A stretch of 6,736 nt of DNA from Candidatus Nanopusillus sp. Its GTDB lineage: Archaea > Nanobdellota > Nanobdellia > Nanobdellales > Nanobdellaceae. Under the pieces are notes generated by a model, which saw nothing but the letters and a program-made list of their open reading frames with translations, did no database searches and was not told the DNA's origin. How positions within the stretch are numbered: position 1 is the stretch's first letter; the number at the start of each line of letters is the position of its first letter. The stretch spans positions 1-6,736 of the forward strand of contig DAIUEN010000029.1 in assembly GCA_036845085.1 (NCBI GenBank), read 5' to 3'. Both the position numbers and the translations under genes were made by a program. Below are positions 1 through 5,700 of the stretch, one piece after another.

Positions 1-57
1 ACAGGTAATTCGGCTGAAATTGATGTTGAAGTATATCCTTTGATTGAACAAAAATAA
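1..57 (+). CDS. 3' end of an unidentified CDS entering from the left edge (...TGNSAEIDVEVYPLIEQK, stop TAA 55-57)
   Basis: Frame 1 is open from base 1 to TAA at 55-57. It is absent from the ORF track because no start codon lies in the window. It is too short to identify. Confidence 0.3.
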   Translation, partial: TGNSAEIDVEVYPLIEQK

Positions 58-70
58 TTTATTAGAATTT

Positions 71-81
71 AATAAATAAAA
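71..81 (-). terminator. Oligo-T tract immediately 3' of the candidate H/ACA RNA
   Basis: The minus strand reads ACA-TTTTATTTATT. Archaeal RNA polymerase terminates at oligo-T runs. The AT-rich background makes this weak evidence. Confidence 0.3.
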
Positions 82-140
82 TGTCCCCCGGCCATCGTTA
101 CCAATACTCATTCCATCATATTGGTTCTACCAACCGGGGT
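82..140 (-). ncRNA. Candidate single-hairpin box H/ACA guide sRNA (archaeal type, K-loop plus 3' ACA)
   Basis: Minus strand 5'->3': A-CCCCGG(139-134)-UUGGUAGA(133-126)-ACCAAUA(125-119)-UGAUGGAAUGAG(118-107)-UAUUGGU(106-100)-AACGAUGG(99-92)-CCGGGG(91-86)-G-ACA(84-82)-UUUUAUUUAUU. The lower stem has 6 GC pairs, plus 2 possible U-G pairs. There is an internal two-sided pocket and a 7-bp upper stem. The apical loop can form tandem sheared G117-A108 / A116-G109 pairs plus U115-U110, the L7Ae-type K-loop signature. ACA lies 1 nt after the lower stem and 15 nt from the base of the upper stem. A T-run follows. It is a GC-rich island in AT-rich intergenic DNA. Confidence 0.6.
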
Positions 141-164
141 ATATTTATTAATTCTTAATTAAAT

Positions 165-173
165 CCTAAAAAA
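165..173 (-). promoter_or_regulatory. TATA-like box candidate for the H/ACA RNA
   Basis: The minus strand reads TTTTTTAGG at -33..-25 relative to base 140. It resembles the TTTTTAAAGG element at a similar distance upstream of tRNA-Cys. The region is AT-rich, so specificity is low. Confidence 0.25.
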
Positions 174-194
174 GATTTTTTTCGATATTTATTT

Positions 195-1094
195 ATGCTA
201 ACCAAAAAAGATATAGAAATGATACTAGAGAAGGTAAAAGAACACAATTTAAAATTTTATAATGAAAAATTAAACGTAGAAATAAAATTACTAGACTTAA
301 GTGATATAAAAATAGAAAAAAATAGGAATTATGGATTCATAGATTCCTCTTATATTAACGGTATTATAGGACCATATAGTTATATATATGCAAGAGCAGT
401 TATTGTTTCACCAAAATTTCTAGACGAAATTGCATTTTTTGATATAATAGCAGATCTTTTTGTTTCTTTTGAAAATTCTGAGAAAGAACCGGTAGATATA
501 AATAATATTTCGGCTCTAATAGCTAAAAGCTTAGAATACAGTCTTGCTAGAAAATATTCTGATCTTTATATTTTTATGGACGGATCTATAATCTCAGATG
601 CAATATTATATTCAAAGTTTAAGGATAAACTAAATTATGAAAATATAGAATCTATAAGAAAAAAATTTATAGAAGACTTTTCTTATATGTTAAACAAAAA
701 ATTGATCTCTATCGCTAAAAGAATTTTACATTCTAATATGTATGGATATACTACTTCAGATATGATACTACTATTGAATAAATTTCCAGAAGATGAATTT
801 TATACTGAAATCAGTGAATATTTATTATCTCCACAAAATAAAAAAATATATATTTCTTACTTTAGAGCTAGAAAGAAAGATCATATATACAGAATCGAAG
901 CATTAGATAATATAAGTAAAGAAGAATTTAAAGAAATAATTTTCGAAACAATATACAAAAATAAATCTTATCCAAAATATTTAAAAGTTGCACATAATTT
1001 GTGTAAAGTTAATAATAAAGAAAAACTAATGTTAGAAAATATATTAAGGAGTTTGTTAGGATATAGTTTTTCTGTTGGTTGGGAAACTAAATAA
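195..1094 (+). CDS. NurA-domain-like nuclease (putative); otherwise hypothetical protein
   Basis: ATG-started 299-aa ORF. Its motifs occur in the order and approximate spacing I associate with the NurA (RNase H-like) fold: GFIDSS (D50), SLEYS (E114), LYIFMDGSII (D129), LISIAKR, YPKYLKVAHNLCKV (H267). The assignment comes from remembered motif patterns, not from a search. Confidence 0.5.
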   Translation: MLTKKDIEMILEKVKEHNLKFYNEKLNVEIKLLDLSDIKIEKNRNYGFIDSSYINGIIGPYSYIYARAVIVSPKFLDEIAFFDIIADLFVSFENSEKEPVDINNISALIAKSLEYSLARKYSDLYIFMDGSIISDAILYSKFKDKLNYENIESIRKKFIEDFSYMLNKKLISIAKRILHSNMYGYTTSDMILLLNKFPEDEFYTEISEYLLSPQNKKIYISYFRARKKDHIYRIEALDNISKEEFKEIIFETIYKNKSYPKYLKVAHNLCKVNNKEKLMLENILRSLLGYSFSVGWETK

Positions 1095-2511
1095 ATCTAT
1101 AATAACTCTTATCTTTAAAGTCTATCAAATCTATTCCTATATTTCTTAGTCTAGATCTTATATAGTCAGAAATCTCGTAATCTTTTCTTTCTCTTAATTT
1201 ATTTCTAATTTCAATTATTAATTCTATCAAATTATTTAATATTTCCATATTTTCTTTTTTTCCATAGAATATATCATCCCATACTGCGTATATTTTATTT
1301 ACAACATTGTAAAATTCGTAGGCTGTATAGTATAAAGTAAAAACTTTTTTATTTATTACTTCTTTATTAATAAATCTTGTAGCTTCTAGTAATATAGATG
1401 TGCTTAAAGTAGTATCTATGTCATCTAGTATAGCATAAATAAACTTCTTTTCATATTCTAAAAGTTTTTTCCATATTACATAATCTTCATTGTCTAGCTT
1501 AAAGGTTCTATCTAATGAATATAACGTAGTAATTACTGTCTTAATAGTAGAAGTAATATAATTATAATTTTCTATTGCCTGATTTATACTATTTTCATTT
1601 AAATCTATAGGATCTCTATAATGAACTGAAATAAGAAAAAACCTAGATGACATAGGGCCATACAAATTAATAAATTCATCAGCAGGAATTATGTTTTTAA
1701 GAGATTTAGACATTTTTTGTCCATTAACTGTTAAATATCCAAAATGAATCCAATATTTTACCCATGGTTTAACTTTATATCTTGATTCTGATTGTGCAAT
1801 TTCGTTTTCATGGTGCGGGAATATTAAATCTTGTCCACCAGAATGAATATCAAATTGGATACCTAAATACTTTGAAGACATTGTTGAACATTCGATATGC
1901 CATCCTGGTCTTCCTTCGCCAATAGAAGTAATCCAATAAGGTTCTCCTTCTTTTTTGAATTTCCATAAAGCAAAATCATATGGATGCTTTTTATCTTGTA
2001 TAAGATCTATTTCTTGATTCCATAAATCTTTGTTTAAATTTCCAGATAATTTTCCATATTCTGAAAATTTGTCTACATCAAAATATATACTATATTTTCC
2101 AAAATATGCATATCCATCTCTTATTAAGTCTTTTATAAATTTTTCTATATCTTCGATATGTTCTGTTACTAAAGGATTTATATAAAATGGTAAATTATTA
2201 ATCTTTTTAATCACTTCTAAATGATATTTTATATTTCTCTTTGGAATTTCATGCCAGTTCTCTATTTTTTCTTCTTCTTTTGCTTTGTTAATTATTTTAT
2301 CATCTATATCTGTAAAATTACTAATAGCTATATCTACGTATCCTAAAAATCTTAAAGTTCTTCTTATTACATCTAATGCTATTTCAGATCTTAGATGACC
2401 TACATGCGATTTTTCATAAGGAGTTATACCGCAATGATATATTCTTACAAATGGATATTCTATAGGTTCAAATATTTCTTTTTTCTTAGTTAGTGTATTA
2501 TAAATATACAA
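1087..2511 (-). CDS. cysS: Cysteine--tRNA ligase (class I cysteinyl-tRNA synthetase)
   Basis: 474 aa. N-terminus is xYIYNTLTKKKEIFEP. The HIGH motif is HVGH within CGITPYEKSHVGHLRS. CysRS-specific RPGWHIECS and FPHHENEIAQSE motifs are present. KMSKS is present as GQKMSKSLKN. The start codon is TTG at 2509-2511, with an in-frame TAA 4 codons upstream, so no ATG or GVG alternative exists. Confidence 0.95.
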   Translation of the reverse strand: MYIYNTLTKKKEIFEPIEYPFVRIYHCGITPYEKSHVGHLRSEIALDVIRRTLRFLGYVDIAISNFTDIDDKIINKAKEEEKIENWHEIPKRNIKYHLEVIKKINNLPFYINPLVTEHIEDIEKFIKDLIRDGYAYFGKYSIYFDVDKFSEYGKLSGNLNKDLWNQEIDLIQDKKHPYDFALWKFKKEGEPYWITSIGEGRPGWHIECSTMSSKYLGIQFDIHSGGQDLIFPHHENEIAQSESRYKVKPWVKYWIHFGYLTVNGQKMSKSLKNIIPADEFINLYGPMSSRFFLISVHYRDPIDLNENSINQAIENYNYITSTIKTVITTLYSLDRTFKLDNEDYVIWKKLLEYEKKFIYAILDDIDTTLSTSILLEATRFINKEVINKKVFTLYYTAYEFYNVVNKIYAVWDDIFYGKKENMEILNNLIELIIEIRNKLRERKDYEISDYIRSRLRNIGIDLIDFKDKSYYRFI

Positions 2512-2513
2512 AA

Positions 2514-2517
2514 CACC
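2514..2517 (-). promoter_or_regulatory. Possible Shine-Dalgarno-like GGTG ahead of the cysS TTG start
   Basis: The minus strand reads AATCGGTGTT-TTG. GGTG matches the archaeal anti-SD complement, but the spacing is short (2 nt). Confidence 0.3.
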
Positions 2518-2568
2518 GATTGTTTAGTTCCATAAATATATTGGAAGTAAAAATCTATTTAAATGTAT

Positions 2569-2652
2569 TGCGGCGGAGGGGATTTGAACCCCTGGCGGAT
2601 CTTTTCCATTCGGACCTAAACCGAACCCCTTTGACCGCTCGGGCACCGCCGC
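2569..2652 (-). tRNA. tRNA-Leu (anticodon UAG), class II with long variable arm, no encoded CCA
   Basis: Hand-folded minus-strand sequence: GCGGCGG UG CCCG AGCGGUCAA AGGG G UUCGG UUUAGGU CCGAA UGGAAAAGAUCCGCC AGGGG UUCAAAU CCCCU CCGCCGC A. The 7-bp acceptor stem is all GC, the T-loop is UUCAAAU, the anticodon loop is UU-UAG-GU, and the variable region is 15 nt. Confidence 0.9.
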
Positions 2653-2653
2653 A

Positions 2654-2729
2654 AGCCGCCGACGGGATTCGAACCCGTGATTAAAGAGGGTCTGCAGCCC
2701 TCCCCCTTTGACCGCTCGGGCACGGCGGC
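2654..2729 (-). tRNA. tRNA-Cys (anticodon GCA), discriminator U73, no encoded CCA
   Basis: Hand-folded minus-strand sequence: GCCGCCG UG CCCG AGCGGUCAA AGGG G GAGGG CUGCAGA CCCUC UUUAAUC ACGGG UUCGAAU CCCGU CGGCGGC U. The anticodon loop is CU-GCA-GA. The U discriminator fits known tRNA-Cys identity. The 7-nt AT-rich variable loop is unusual. Confidence 0.85.
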
Positions 2730-2750
2730 ATATATAGTATTCTAAGTTTA

Positions 2751-2760
2751 CCTTTAAAAA
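2751..2760 (-). promoter_or_regulatory. TATA-box candidate for the tRNA-Cys/tRNA-Leu transcript
   Basis: The minus strand reads TTTTTAAAGG at -31..-22 relative to G1 of tRNA-Cys (2729). The TTTAAA core is centred near -26/-27, the canonical archaeal TATA distance. This would start transcription at or very near the mature 5' end. Confidence 0.35.
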
Positions 2761-2782
2761 TAAAATATATAAAAAAATAAAA

Positions 2783-5700
2783 TTAGATTATATTAAATAA
2801 TAATAAAATTGATAATATTCCAATAGCTATAGAAATTATCTTAATTAGTTCTATTTTTTCAGATATTATTAATTTTTGCTGTGTATAGCTAGAAACTTCT
2901 TCACTATGAGTTAATACATATACAGGAACTGTTGCATTTATATTATTCGTTCCATATATACTTATACATTGTACATTTATCAACAGATTATCAACTCCTG
3001 GCTGTATTCCTAATATTTCTATAGTTCCATATACACTTTTTAATCCAGGTATTGTTACGTTATTTGTTTGTATTCCTTCTATTTTATTACTCAATATTTG
3101 TATATAGTTTCTTTGAGGAACTACCAATACACTACAGTTTATATCTGAAGGTACAAGGTTTACTATAGCATATTGTAATGTACTTTGTTGTCCTTGGTAA
3201 AGTGATATAACATTTGCTTGTAGTGCTATTCCGAAAATATTATTTGTAGAATATATAAGAGAATTATAGAATGCGTAATATCTTTTGAACTCTGCGTATT
3301 GATTTTTTGATATTATCGTTGTATTACAATATTGAGAGGTACACATTCCGGAAGTATAAATAAATGTAGAATTACATATTCTTGAAAATGGCAGTCCATT
3401 GAATTCTATATAACATTCTAAAGTATTTATATCTTTTATTTCAAATGTTGTTGGTGGTTGCAATTGTGTTCTATCTAGTGGTCTTATTAATTCCGATATT
3501 GGAATTACAACTGAATAATTATAAATATATGTATTCCATCCATAGATTGTAAATGTCATATTATAATCTTTTGGACTACACGATGTATTAGTTATATTTA
3601 TCTTTATTTTGTAATGTTGTTGTTGTCCCGGATCTATATTTATAGGATTATCTTTCGATATAATTTGTATACATGACGGATTATAATATATATTGTTTAC
3701 AGATACATTTTGTGCTTGAACAGGACCTAAATTATTTATTAATAATATTATGTCGGATGGATAACCATAAGTTATTTTAGAAAGATTTTGATTTGTCATA
3801 ATTTCTAATTTAACCCATCTTATTTGTACATTATTGTTTGTATATATTTTTAAATCATTACAAGCTGTTAGATTATAATAATTCATTACAGAAACGTTAT
3901 AATATATGCTAAAATCTTGATGTAATCCTATATTAGTTGGGTAGTATATAAAAATATCGTAAACACTTTTTGCAGGTAATATAAATGATCTATTATATTT
4001 ATTTCCTAGTATATCATAATTAATATTTACTATAAAACTATAATTTTCGCTATTATTTATACTTCCTACATATATAGGAGCTCCAGGATTCGTATTGTAG
4101 TTATCTGGATAATATGTTAAGTTATATAAACTCACTTGGGGTGAATAATCACAATTTAATATTAGTAATGTATTATTGTAATTTGAAGAAACAGGGACAA
4201 ATCCTATAGGATAGGCATTTACCAATCCTGGATAAACACTAAGAAATTCTGCGTATGACGTAAGATTATATGAATAACTACTAAGATTATTTATATAATC
4301 TTTTATTACATCTTTATTTCCACAACTTTCATTTAAATAATCTGAAAGATTTACAGTAACATTATTCAGTAACAAAGCATATTTATATATTCTTTCCCAA
4401 TTATCCAATAACCATGCAGTATCCTTATTTTTTGTAGCATTTTTAACTTCTAATAGATATATACTATAATTTTCTAGATAATTTGTATAATTTGAATATG
4501 CACCAAAACAATTTTTAGTAGAATTATTACTTAAAAGATATTGAGTAATATTATATACTACTATAGTATAATTGTATAAGTAATCTGATTTATTGTATAA
4601 TTCTCCTAAGTATTGTTCAGTATATTTTATATATCCTATACTACAGAGATCGGGATTTCCTACTGGACAAATATAGCTAGGAGATGGAGAATCACAGACT
4701 GCTTTTAGTACATAAGCCATTAGGGTATATTTTCCAAACTCACTACTACTAAAAGTCTTATAATCTAAAGAATTTCTGCCCTTAACAGGAGTACTCCAGC
4801 TTGCATTAGGATATACTATTCCATAATTTTTATATTGATTAAATATAAGATAATATGTAAGATCATATCCGCTATTTAAATAATTCTTAAAACTTACAGT
4901 ACCATTTATACTACCAGTTATCAAAGTTTTTGGAGATGCATAATAGTACAACCAATATACCGGAACTGGAGTACCAGATTCTTTAACCGCATTTGAACAT
5001 AGCGCATTATAACTTCCTGAAATACTAATTCCGATAGTAGTATTTGGTATTAATACATACATCTTTTCTCCTGTTATAGCATCATATATTATAGTATAAT
5101 AAGTTCCGCTGTTTGGTCCATTATATGATACATAATAACTACTACTAATAGCATTTGCCTTAAGTTCACCAGCATGGCTGCATGTAGAGTTAGTAAATAA
5201 TGAAGATTGTCCATATATATTGTTTTGCATTAATATTGTTACTAAGAGCAGTAATAAAATTACAAATATTTTTCTTTTCTTCATGAGATAAATTAATAAC
5301 GCCATAATTATAATAATTATAGCTATCAAAAGATATACTTTACTTGACTTTATACTCTGTTGTAACTCTGGTATATTAGGGGTTGTAATATTTTCATATG
5401 TAACATTTGTGATATTATATTCTTTTTGAGATCTTGATATATTCCATTTATTTGAATAATAATCACTTTGAAAAGTAACTATATAGTTTCCATATTCTCT
5501 AAATGTATAATTTACACAATCATTATTAATATTACTAGAATACTTAATGTTAAATGGGCTATTTAAATAAATAAACAGATTGCCTTGTATCTTAGAACAT
5601 ATATAAAAGTAGTCTTCTGTATAATTTACAGAAATTAGATTATTTGGAGCTATTCCGTAAAAATTATTTCTATTTATAACATAATAGGTACAATAATTGT

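Noticed and set aside
82-140. Reading the GC-rich inverted repeat as a plus-strand terminator hairpin for the upstream CDS, as a C/D box sRNA, or as a split-tRNA half with a GC-rich pairing leader
   Set aside because: Archaeal termination relies on oligo-T rather than long bulged hairpins, and a terminator would not explain the internal K-loop geometry. There is no canonical C box (RUGAUGA) plus D box (CUGA) pair at the termini on either strand. There is no T-arm, D-arm or anticodon-arm sequence, and the GC clamp pairs within the element itself rather than needing a partner in trans. The K-loop, the ACA and the 15-nt spacing fit H/ACA best.
2493-2684. 63-aa + strand ORF from the track (MYYKYTKHRLF...RAPPQAADGIRTRD)
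   Set aside because: It runs antisense through the cysS start and both tRNA genes. Its Arg/Pro/Ala/Gly-rich tail is simply the complement of GC-rich tRNA sequence and is wholly unlike the local proteome composition. It is spurious.
2691-2696. Perfect CTGCAG palindrome
   Set aside because: It is simply the anticodon loop and stem junction of tRNA-Cys (CU-GCA-GA). It has no independent significance.
2626-2729. The 27-nt direct repeat as a CRISPR-like repeat or as an att duplication from element integration into a tRNA gene
   Set aside because: There are only two copies. Each is the 5' portion of a complete, foldable tRNA. Integration duplicates usually involve tRNA 3' ends, and no integrase or foreign-looking cargo is adjacent.
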